A stretch of 64,000 nucleotides of DNA from a virus. Its lineage: Duplodnaviria > Caudoviricetes. Under the pieces are notes generated by a model. It ran no database searches. It saw only the letters and a program-made list of their open reading frames with translations, and was not told the origin of the DNA. Made by a program: the position numbers and the translations under genes. The stretch is from IMG/VR virus record IMGVR_UViG_3300027759_000044; one strand, written 5' to 3'. Positions 19,423 through 27,473 of this stretch are shown here, piece after piece (the first letter of the stretch is position 1; every line of letters begins with the position of its first letter).

Positions 19423-19623
19423 ATGGCAAAACAACAATCTAATCCACGTGTTCAACAAATCTTTGAGGACCTAGAAAACTATCTAGCATTCTGTCAGGAC
19501 TATGGATACAAGTTTGATGAATCAACAATGTATGATATGCGTAGCTTTGCGTATCGTCAATTCACCAAAGCTGTGACTGGTAAGTGGGCTAAGGATCAAT
19601 GGCAGGAAGATGCACGTCCATGA
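19423..19623 (+). CDS. Small hypothetical protein
   Basis: SD AAGGA; translationally coupled to the next gene. Confidence 0.7.
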   Translation: MAKQQSNPRVQQIFEDLENYLAFCQDYGYKFDESTMYDMRSFAYRQFTKAVTGKWAKDQWQEDARP

Positions 19624-20819
19624 GAAAACTGTTTTACATGGGTCTTGAACCCTATAAAGCAAGGTACACTCTACAATTACAAGATTGGAATGAAAGTGTC
19701 TTTAAACAAAGAGGTATTAACTATGTTATCGTTCCAGGAGAAACATTAAGTAATGACCAAGCTATTGTGACAGGACAAGTACTAGATGCTCATGGACGTA
19801 CATACTTTGGTATGAGTCAATTAATGAATCTAGTAAAGATGATGAAGGAAGGTGAGTGTAGTAATGAAGATATTGTCTACTTTGAAGATATGTTTCAACC
19901 GGGCATTGAAAGCCTTCCTTATATACTTAAGCAAGTTCCTACTAATCTGCGTCCTCGCATATTTGTCCGTTGTCTTGCTCAGTCAATTGATCCGGATGAT
20001 TTCGTACATGTATGGGGAATGAGTGAATTCATGGGTCACTATGAGAAGATGGTTGATTCATTTGTTGATGGCGTACTAGCTTCTAATGAAGAAATGGTCA
20101 TGCATATGAAAATTGCAGGATGGAAGGCTCCAATCTATAATATTTCAGGATTAGCATTTGGTAAAGAAGAAGTACGCGGTCGTATCAACAATAACATCAA
20201 ACCATTCAATGAACGTAAGATGCGTATAGCATTTTCAGCACGTTGGGATCAAGAGAAGCAACCTGATTTCTATATGGATGTGATTGAAGAATTCTTTAAC
20301 CGTTTCGGTGAAAGAGATCGTCATGGTGTATATCGTAATGTAGAATTCTGTGTATTCAGTGGTAGTAAATTAAAAAGTAACAATGATAGTTATATGAAAC
20401 GAACCAATGATTTTCAAAATCGTGGTTTGTTAAAGGTTCACGAAGACCTAGATAAGAACGCATACTATGAGTTATTAAATGATACAAGAGTATTGTTTAA
20501 CTGTGCGCTACAAGACTGGGTAAGTAATACAGTTAGCGAAGCAGATAGTTTGGGTTGTAATGTATTGTATCCAGCATATCGCAGTTTCCCAGAAACGTTT
20601 GCGAATGATTATACAAGACTGTACACGCCCTGGAGTGTTGAAGATGCAACAATAAAGTTATATAATATGTTACATCATCCGCATGTAAATCAAGGTAAGA
20701 TTAGTGATTGGACTGATGGTACAATCGATAGAATTTGTGATATCCTAGAAAATAAAGGACAACAGTGGTTGCGTATGGATAGTGATTATCGAAAACATAC
20801 TAGAGAAAATAAATACTAA
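19620..20819 (+). CDS. GT-B fold glycosyltransferase
   Basis: FSARWDQEKQPDF and FNCALQDWVSNTVSEADSLGC.VLYP resemble GT4 C-terminal motifs. ATGA-coupled start at 19620. Confidence 0.75.
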   Translation: MRKLFYMGLEPYKARYTLQLQDWNESVFKQRGINYVIVPGETLSNDQAIVTGQVLDAHGRTYFGMSQLMNLVKMMKEGECSNEDIVYFEDMFQPGIESLPYILKQVPTNLRPRIFVRCLAQSIDPDDFVHVWGMSEFMGHYEKMVDSFVDGVLASNEEMVMHMKIAGWKAPIYNISGLAFGKEEVRGRINNNIKPFNERKMRIAFSARWDQEKQPDFYMDVIEEFFNRFGERDRHGVYRNVEFCVFSGSKLKSNNDSYMKRTNDFQNRGLLKVHEDLDKNAYYELLNDTRVLFNCALQDWVSNTVSEADSLGCNVLYPAYRSFPETFANDYTRLYTPWSVEDATIKLYNMLHHPHVNQGKISDWTDGTIDRICDILENKGQQWLRMDSDYRKHTRENKY

Positions 20820-20831
20820 AAGGAGAAAATT

Positions 20832-21521
20832 ATGTTTGAAACAACTTATGAAAACGAAATGTCATATCGTTCAGCAAGCGAAGTAAACTTAGCAATGGGT
20901 CGTGTTTATGGACACATGAGCATAGCAGTTATTGTATCAATGTTTGTCAGTTACTTTGTGGGCACTAGCCCGGAGTTACTTGAATTCTTTTTTACAGGCA
21001 TGCTAAAGTGGATTGTAATTTTTTCGCCGCTAGTAGCAATCTTTGGTATTAGCATGATATTAGCTACTAACCCAAGTAAAAGTCTAGCACAGTTGTGCCT
21101 ACATGGATTTGCAGCATTGATGGGATTAAGCTTTGCTACAATCTTTGCTGTGTTTACTATGGGTAGTATTGTGTCAGCATTTATGGGTGCAGCCATACTG
21201 TTTGGTGTAATGAGTGGCTATGGTTACTTTACTAAACAAAGCCTGGACAATGTTGGTAAGTTTATGTTTGTTGGACTAATTGCTATCATCATTGCCAGCA
21301 TTGTTAATATCTTTATCGGTAGTACTGTTATGCAAATGGTAATCTCAGCATTAGCTATTATCATCTTCCTTGGCCTAACTGCTTATGACACACAGAAGAT
21401 CCGTGAGGAACTTAGTGTAGAAACTAATGATTCAGCAGAAGTACGTGGAGCACTAACGCTGTATATGGATTTCATTAACTTGTTTATTAACTTGCTACAA
21501 CTGTTTGGTGATAGGAAATAA
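20832..21521 (+). CDS. Bax inhibitor-1/YccA family membrane protein
   Basis: Seven hydrophobic segments; AYDTQKI and ALTLYMDFINLFINLLQLFG. Confidence 0.9.
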   Translation: MFETTYENEMSYRSASEVNLAMGRVYGHMSIAVIVSMFVSYFVGTSPELLEFFFTGMLKWIVIFSPLVAIFGISMILATNPSKSLAQLCLHGFAALMGLSFATIFAVFTMGSIVSAFMGAAILFGVMSGYGYFTKQSLDNVGKFMFVGLIAIIIASIVNIFIGSTVMQMVISALAIIIFLGLTAYDTQKIREELSVETNDSAEVRGALTLYMDFINLFINLLQLFGDRK

Positions 21522-21523
21522 TC

Positions 21524-21718
21524 ATGGCAACACGCAAGAAAAAAGAAAATACAGAACCAACAGTAGTTAAGGGAAATCATTTGACCGTAACTACTTTCCC
21601 TGATGGCAAAACTATGTTAGAATGGGATGACGAAGCATTATTAAAAGAAGTGCGGGAAGCACTCAACTCGGTAGAAGTACCAAAAACAAAACGCAAATTA
21701 ACAAAGGAAAAACAATGA
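21524..21718 (+). CDS. Small hypothetical protein
   Basis: SD AGGA; coupled to neighbouring genes. Confidence 0.65.
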   Translation: MATRKKKENTEPTVVKGNHLTVTTFPDGKTMLEWDDEALLKEVREALNSVEVPKTKRKLTKEKQ

Positions 21719-21912
21719 GCGCACAAAACGATATTGAAACAAGTTTGGCAGCATACAATGCTGAAAATGATAAGTTTAACAAAGGCAACGCAGCCGCTGG
21801 TACACGTGCCCGTAAAGCATTAGCCGAATTAGCTAAAGCAGTTAAGGCTCGCCGTAACGAAATTACAGCAGAAAAGACCGCACGTGCCGAAGAAAAAGCA
21901 AAAGCTAAGTAA
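21715..21912 (+). CDS. Histone H1-like (Hc1-type) small basic protein
   Basis: KF.KGNAAAGTRARKAL.EL....K..R. Confidence 0.65.
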   Translation: MSAQNDIETSLAAYNAENDKFNKGNAAAGTRARKALAELAKAVKARRNEITAEKTARAEEKAKAK

Positions 21913-21917
21913 TCGTG

Positions 21918-21953
21918 CTAAATACAATGTAAGCTACACAACGGTAGCTTACA
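21918..21953 (+). promoter_or_regulatory. Late-type promoter followed by a perfect 10-bp 5' hairpin (folE leader)
   Basis: CTAAATA 21918-21924; TGTAAGCTAC-ACAACG-GTAGCTTACA. Confidence 0.55.
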
Positions 21954-21989
21954 CTTCAAAACAAAAACCATCACAAAGGAAGGTTATCT

Positions 21990-22679
21990 ATGAGTTATAA
22001 TAAAACAAAAACAGACCCAGAGTTGGGTCAACAAGTTCATGAACACTTAGTCAAAATGGGCGTTGAAACACCTACGTGGGATACACGTGGTGCAAATCTT
22101 GATAGAAAAATAAAAATTGAAATCATTACAGAACAATTTCAAAAGATTATGACAACCTTAGGGTTAGACTTATCAGATGATAGTTTAATGGATACACCTA
22201 AACGTGTTGCTAAGATGTACGTTAATGAAATCTTTTGGGGATTAGACTTTGAAGCATTTCCTAAATGCACAACAGTTGACAACAAGATGCAATACAACGA
22301 AATGGTTGTAGAGCGTAATGTTAATGTTCAATCTAACTGCGAACATCATTTTGTAGTCATCGATGGATTGGCTACTGTAGCTTATGTCCCTAAACAAAAA
22401 GTTCTTGGGCTTAGTAAGATCAACCGTATCGTAGAATATTTTAGCAAGCGACCTCAAATTCAAGAGAGGTTAACAGAGCAAATATTTCACACCTTACAGT
22501 TCATCCTTCAGACAGAAGATGTTGCAGTTATGATTGATGCACAACACTATTGCGTTAAAAGTCGTGGTGTAGAAGATACAGGTAGTAGTACTGTTACTTG
22601 TCGTTTAGGTGGCGGTTTCAAATCAGATCCTGCGGCACGACAAGAATTCCTACAAATTGCTAACAAAGGTTGCAAATAA
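21990..22679 (+). CDS. folE: GTP cyclohydrolase I
   Basis: DTPKRVAKM, SNCEHHF, GLSKINR, RPQIQERLT and HYCVKSRGV. Confidence 0.97.
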   Translation: MSYNKTKTDPELGQQVHEHLVKMGVETPTWDTRGANLDRKIKIEIITEQFQKIMTTLGLDLSDDSLMDTPKRVAKMYVNEIFWGLDFEAFPKCTTVDNKMQYNEMVVERNVNVQSNCEHHFVVIDGLATVAYVPKQKVLGLSKINRIVEYFSKRPQIQERLTEQIFHTLQFILQTEDVAVMIDAQHYCVKSRGVEDTGSSTVTCRLGGGFKSDPAARQEFLQIANKGCK

Positions 22680-22876
22680 TGTTAAAAGACAGACGATTTT
22701 TACTAGAACAAGAGATTACCAAAGCGCACGATGAGGCTGCAGCCATGTATTTGGATATTGTCACTCATGATAAAGATGTACATAGTCCAGAGTATCAACA
22801 TCTTAAGGATAAAATTATGAATTTACAGTTTGATCTTAACATTGTAAATCAGTTAATTCACAAAGGACACAAATAA
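22679..22876 (+). CDS. Small hypothetical protein
   Basis: TAATG-coupled to folE; start moved from 22670. Confidence 0.6.
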   Translation: MLKDRRFLLEQEITKAHDEAAAMYLDIVTHDKDVHSPEYQHLKDKIMNLQFDLNIVNQLIHKGHK

Positions 22877-23112
22877 TGGGATTTCGTAAACAAATAGACT
22901 ATAATTCAGTACATCATCAAATCTATATGTCTGGTGTAGAATTACATAGTAACTACAATGATGGATTCAATCAATTTGAAATCAAAAAAGACTTACATCG
23001 TATTAAATGGTTGATTGATGAGATTATGGCTGATGCCCCCACATTTGTAGGTGAGGATGAATTCTTAAAAGAACATGAACAAACTAAAATGTGGAGAACA
23101 CTTTCAAAATGA
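22876..23112 (+). CDS. Small hypothetical protein
   Basis: TAATG-coupled ORF. Confidence 0.65.
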   Translation: MGFRKQIDYNSVHHQIYMSGVELHSNYNDGFNQFEIKKDLHRIKWLIDEIMADAPTFVGEDEFLKEHEQTKMWRTLSK

Positions 23113-23576
23113 TATTTAATCATATTAAAGAACTTAAGGCACAGGGTAAAAAGATTGGCATTACCTTTAGCACGTTTGATATGCTTCACGCAGGTCACGT
23201 TGCTATGTTAAGCGAAGCAAAAAATCACTGTGATTACTTGATTTGTGGACTACAAACTGACCCAACAATTGATAGACCTGATACTAAAAATAAACCTATT
23301 CAAAGTATTGTAGAACGACAGATACAACTTGCGGCTTGTCGTTATGTTGATGAAGTAGTGGTATATCAAACTGAACAAGACTTAATTGACTTGTTATTGA
23401 TATTACCATTAGATGTTCGTATTTTGGGTACAGAGTATGAGGATAAAAACTTTACTGGCCGTAATGAGGGAGCAGGTCGTGCTATACAAGTAATATTTAA
23501 TAAACGTGACCACAGTTTCAGCAGTTCAAGTCTACGCAAACGTGTAGCAGAAGCAGAGAAAAACAAAAATGCCTAA
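23109..23576 (+). CDS. Cytidylyltransferase (TagD/RfaE-like)
   Basis: FSTFDMLHAGH (HxGH), GLQTDP..DRP, ER..QL and SSSSLR. ATGA-coupled start. Confidence 0.85.
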   Translation: MIFNHIKELKAQGKKIGITFSTFDMLHAGHVAMLSEAKNHCDYLICGLQTDPTIDRPDTKNKPIQSIVERQIQLAACRYVDEVVVYQTEQDLIDLLLILPLDVRILGTEYEDKNFTGRNEGAGRAIQVIFNKRDHSFSSSSLRKRVAEAEKNKNA

Positions 23577-24366
23577 AAGAATATTAGTAATGGGTTTACC
23601 GGGTGCTGGTAAAACTTATCTAGCACAACATATTGTAGACCACTTACAAGCAGAAAAGAAAAAAGTAAGTTGGCTAAATGCTGACGATGTGCGTAAGAAG
23701 TACAATGATTGGGACTTTAGTACAGAAGGGCGTGTTCGTCAAAGTTTACGTATGCGTGAACTAGCAGATAATATGACTGAATGTGATTATGTAATCTGTG
23801 ACTTTGTTGCACCATTGGTTGAGATGCGTAATAACTTTAAAGCAGATTGGACTGTTTGGGTTGACACTATCGACAAAGGTCGTTATGAAGATACAAACAA
23901 AGCATTTATTCCACCTGAAGTGTATGACTTTAGAATTAATGAACAGAAAAGTGAAAAGTGGAGTGAGTTTATTGCCGCACATATATTAGATAACAGACGT
24001 AGACCAGTATTTGATTGGCAAAAAGAAACTGTACAGATGTTAGGTCGTTGGCAACCATGGCATGAAGGACATCGTAAGTTGTTTGAACGTGCTATTACCA
24101 AGACTGGACAAGTAGTTATTCAGATTAGAGATTGTCAAGGTTGGCAAGGAAGTAATCCTTTTGCTATTGACCAAGTAAAGAGTTTTATTAAACGTGATTT
24201 AGATATGCTATATCAGGGTCAATATGAGATTCAAATTGTGCCAAATATTGTAAATATAACATATGGGCGTGATGTTGGATATAAGATTGAACAAGAAACG
24301 TTTGATGACGCTACTCATAATATTAGTGCTACTAAAATCCGAAAAAGTTTAGGATTTGGTAAATAA
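23569..24366 (+). CDS. Adenylylsulfate-kinase-like P-loop kinase fused to an HxGH nucleotidyltransferase
   Basis: GLPGAGKT, LNADDVR, then GRWQPWHEGH and ISATKIR. Confidence 0.8.
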   Translation: MPKRILVMGLPGAGKTYLAQHIVDHLQAEKKKVSWLNADDVRKKYNDWDFSTEGRVRQSLRMRELADNMTECDYVICDFVAPLVEMRNNFKADWTVWVDTIDKGRYEDTNKAFIPPEVYDFRINEQKSEKWSEFIAAHILDNRRRPVFDWQKETVQMLGRWQPWHEGHRKLFERAITKTGQVVIQIRDCQGWQGSNPFAIDQVKSFIKRDLDMLYQGQYEIQIVPNIVNITYGRDVGYKIEQETFDDATHNISATKIRKSLGFGK

Positions 24367-24370
24367 AGAT

Positions 24371-24433
24371 AGCGGTCTCGGCGTCATCCCGCTTTACAAA
24401 CTCTGCTGCCTATGCTATAATACAACATAGGAG
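24371..24433 (+). ncRNA. Candidate riboswitch resembling preQ1 class I, plus an SD-sequestering hairpin, in the queD leader
   Basis: P1 AGCGG/CCGCT, 13-nt loop, AC-rich tail, loop-tail pseudoknot options, and CCTATG/CATAGG hairpin covering AGGAG. Confidence 0.45.
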
Positions 24434-24439
24434 AACACA

Positions 24440-24922
24440 ATGGCAAACAAAAAATTCTTTTCAACAAAGACATACAGACAAATAGGGCCTGTCGCATACC
24501 GTCAATGGCGTGCCGACAGTCATTGTAACTTAATTCATGGCTATGCTATGAGTTTTCACTTTGAGTTTGAGGCTGACACACTAGATGCCCGTAACTGGGT
24601 AACTGATTTCGGTGGATTACGCCCTCTTAAAGATAAACTAGAAGAATGGTTTGACCATACTCTATTAGTCGCACAAGATGACCCCATGCGTGAACATCTA
24701 TTAGAACTAGGTAGATTGAAATTAGCTAAGATTACCGAAGTAGAACGCACTGGTTGTGAAGGTATATCTGACTTCTTATATGAATACATTAACACAATCT
24801 TTTTACCTAACTGCGGTAGTGAAGAAGCTAAACGTGTATGGTGCTGTAGAGTAGAGGTCCGTGAGACTGATAGCAATATGGCAGGACGTAGTGGTCATAG
24901 AGAAGATAGAGAGTTTGAATAA
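24440..24922 (+). CDS. queD: 6-carboxytetrahydropterin synthase
   Basis: HCNLIHGY, WVTDFG, FDHTLL, GCEG and VEVRET. Confidence 0.92.
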   Translation: MANKKFFSTKTYRQIGPVAYRQWRADSHCNLIHGYAMSFHFEFEADTLDARNWVTDFGGLRPLKDKLEEWFDHTLLVAQDDPMREHLLELGRLKLAKITEVERTGCEGISDFLYEYINTIFLPNCGSEEAKRVWCCRVEVRETDSNMAGRSGHREDREFE

Positions 24923-25338
24923 TGTTGAAAACAGAAATAGTAGATAAGGTAGGACATACCTTAGTAGACATATTTCATAGGCTTGCATTGTTTGGTATTG
25001 GTGCCGCAACAGTATGGGCTGCCGGTTGGACTTTTGCTGAACTGTTTCAAAAACATCACGCTACAGTTGGTGACCTGTTATTAATGTTTATCTATTTGGA
25101 AATAGGTGCAATGGTAGGCATTTATTTCAAGACCAATCATATGCCTGTCAGGTTCCTGCTATACATTGCAATAACAGCACTGACACGACATATGGTAGAT
25201 ATAATGAGTCATCAGCCAATTAATGTTGTTGAAATGTTAGCTGTAGCCGGCTCTACATTTGTTATAGCAATAAGCGTATTAGTTATTAGATATACTAGCG
25301 CAAAATATCCTAGTAACAATAAAGATGAGGTAGCTTAA
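24922..25338 (+). CDS. psiE: Phosphate-starvation-inducible PsiE family membrane protein
   Basis: LLLMFIYLEIGAMVGIYFKTNHMPVRFLLYIAITALTR. Confidence 0.8.
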   Translation: MLKTEIVDKVGHTLVDIFHRLALFGIGAATVWAAGWTFAELFQKHHATVGDLLLMFIYLEIGAMVGIYFKTNHMPVRFLLYIAITALTRHMVDIMSHQPINVVEMLAVAGSTFVIAISVLVIRYTSAKYPSNNKDEVA

Positions 25339-25384
25339 ATGCTTGAAACAATTTGTCAAATTGTACTATCAGGGAAATATTAAA

Positions 25385-26017
25385 ATGAGTTTTTTAGTAG
25401 CAAATTTACCACCAGTAAAATGTTTTGTTCGTAGAGAATTTCTGTATGACTTTGAGAAAGGTCACGGTGAACTCGAACCTTGCTGGTGGATATCAATAAA
25501 ATCTCAACGTAGCCAAGCATTTCGTATTGAATCATATTTAAATCAGTATGGTGCACTATATGATAAACTTCCATTACACGCATATTGTTGGAAACCCATA
25601 GAAGGTGAACCGTATCCTTTAGACTTTTTACAATTATGGAATAGTATGTCTTATGATATTACTGTAATTAAAAAAGCAATGATAGCAAATATGAGATGTA
25701 AAATTAAAATGAAAGATGGGTCGTGGTTAGAAGGAGAATATCTTTTTACTGTTGATTCCGCACATCCAGATTTTAATACAATAGATTGCGGTCATAGTGA
25801 AGATGTTGAGGATCACAAAAGTTTTAACTTTATTAAATGTGATAATGGTCAATTTGCCGCACAACCAAATAATCGTATTGTTATTTTAGAACCAGCAAGT
25901 AATCCTAAAGAAATGAAGATACCAGATTTTAATGTCGCTACTACTAGATGGAATGTTGAAATGGATCCAAAATGGGACTATGGACTGCCAGAAAACAAAT
26001 GGAGAATGAATGAATAG
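25385..26017 (+). CDS. Conserved-looking hypothetical protein
   Basis: VANLPP..CFVRREFLYD and GQFAAQPNNR; start moved from 25343. Confidence 0.7.
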   Translation: MSFLVANLPPVKCFVRREFLYDFEKGHGELEPCWWISIKSQRSQAFRIESYLNQYGALYDKLPLHAYCWKPIEGEPYPLDFLQLWNSMSYDITVIKKAMIANMRCKIKMKDGSWLEGEYLFTVDSAHPDFNTIDCGHSEDVEDHKSFNFIKCDNGQFAAQPNNRIVILEPASNPKEMKIPDFNVATTRWNVEMDPKWDYGLPENKWRMNE

Positions 26018-26201
26018 TTTAGAAAAAATCTGGGCTAGAGCAACCGGTCATTTAATGGGTAACACCGATGATGACAGGCCTGATGTACCTATTCTTACAT
26101 TGGGTGAAGCAAGGATCGCATTGTTCCTAAAAACTTTCTGGGTGGTGCTACATGTGATAACATGTTGTTTCATTATAGCAAATACAATACATAATTGGTA
26201 A
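26010..26201 (+). CDS. Small membrane protein
   Basis: Single C-terminal hydrophobic helix. Confidence 0.65.
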   Translation: MNSLEKIWARATGHLMGNTDDDRPDVPILTLGEARIALFLKTFWVVLHVITCCFIIANTIHNW

Positions 26202-26204
26202 AAT

Positions 26205-27053
26205 ATGAGTAACATAAAAATTTCAGAACTATTCTATAGTATTCAGGGTGAAGGTAGATATATGGGAGTTCCCTCCGTGTTCTTACGAACATTTGGATGT
26301 AACTTTAAATGTGCAGGCTTTGGCATGCCTAAAGGTGAAGTAAGTAAAGAAGTAGAAGATATTGCCGCAAGGGTTCACTATTATGATGATTATAAAAAAT
26401 TACCGTTGGTCAGTACAGGATGTGATAGCTATGCTTCATGGGATCCTAGGTTTAAGCATCTTAGTCCTGTTCGCCCCACCGATGATATTGTTGACAACAT
26501 TATGGCTATGCTTCCTCACAATCGCTGGATGGATGAGCACCTTGTCATCACTGGTGGAGAACCTCTACTCGGTTGGCAAAGAGCGTATCCAGATTTACTT
26601 TCAAATGAAAAAATGAGAGCATTGAAAGAGATTACTTTTGAAACTAATGGTACACAGGAACTTAGTCAAGACCTCGCAATATATTTACAGAAGTGGAAAA
26701 TTAACAGAGAAAAGAATGCATTAACATTTAGTGTTAGTCCTAAACTAAGTATCAGTGGTGAGAAGTGGGAAGAAGCTATTTGCCCTGATATCATTCGTCA
26801 ATATGAAAGTATCGGCTTTGTTTATTTGAAATTTGTTATCGCTACTAGTGAAGATGCATTAGAAGCAGATAAAGCTGTACAAGCGTTTCGTACTGGTGGG
26901 TTTAGGGGTCCGGTATACTTTATGCCGTGCGGTGGTGTAGAAAGTGTTTATAACTTAAACGCAAAGAATGTTGCTATTGAAGCAATGAATCGTGGTTATC
27001 GTTATAGCGATAGACTACAAGTACCACTGTTTAAGAACGAATGGGGCACTTAA
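26205..27053 (+). CDS. queE: 7-carboxy-7-deazaguanine synthase (radical SAM)
   Basis: ELFYSIQGEG, FLRTFGCNFKC...GCDS, VITGGEP, ETNGT and SVSPKL. Confidence 0.93.
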   Translation: MSNIKISELFYSIQGEGRYMGVPSVFLRTFGCNFKCAGFGMPKGEVSKEVEDIAARVHYYDDYKKLPLVSTGCDSYASWDPRFKHLSPVRPTDDIVDNIMAMLPHNRWMDEHLVITGGEPLLGWQRAYPDLLSNEKMRALKEITFETNGTQELSQDLAIYLQKWKINREKNALTFSVSPKLSISGEKWEEAICPDIIRQYESIGFVYLKFVIATSEDALEADKAVQAFRTGGFRGPVYFMPCGGVESVYNLNAKNVAIEAMNRGYRYSDRLQVPLFKNEWGT

Positions 27054-27292
27054 TGCCATTGGATAGTCTAGGTCATAATTCATACGATGATTTTTATCGT
27101 AACTGGTACTTAGGTGCAGAACTTAAATTTGTTTGGATTCCTGAAAAATGTAACTTGACAGGTAAACGTATTTGGTTGAAGAAGGCTTATAGACTAACAG
27201 TAATATCTAGATATACTGGTCCGGAAGAGCCTATATATGACCATCGTTGGCATGATAAGAATACCCATATTATGTGGTTGTTAAAAAGGTAA
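27053..27292 (+). CDS. Small hypothetical protein
   Basis: TAATG-coupled to queE. Confidence 0.6.
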   Translation: MPLDSLGHNSYDDFYRNWYLGAELKFVWIPEKCNLTGKRIWLKKAYRLTVISRYTGPEEPIYDHRWHDKNTHIMWLLKR

Positions 27293-27296
27293 ATAT

Positions 27297-27473
27297 ATGT
27301 ATGAATTAAGATATCTTGTCCAAAAAGGTTTGGATAATCCAAAAAAAGTGTTACAATATAGAACACAAATTGAATTTACCGATTATAGTTCTAAGACTGA
27401 TGATGGTAGATATATATCAATAAAAAAATGGGCTGAATGGCAAAATGTGCCTATAATAGATGAAACAAAATGA
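27297..27473 (+). CDS. 58-aa hypothetical protein (below the ORF-track cutoff)
   Basis: MYELRYLVQK...W.EWQNVPIIDETK; fills the gap and is ATGA-coupled to the next gene. Confidence 0.6.
   Translation: MYELRYLVQKGLDNPKKVLQYRTQIEFTDYSSKTDDGRYISIKKWAEWQNVPIIDETK

Noticed and set aside
24393-24421. sigma70 promoter as the sole explanation of the queD leader
   Set aside because: Not listed as a separate feature because the -35 is imperfect and it does not explain the P1 stem or the anti-SD hairpin. It remains an alternative noted in the riboswitch finding.
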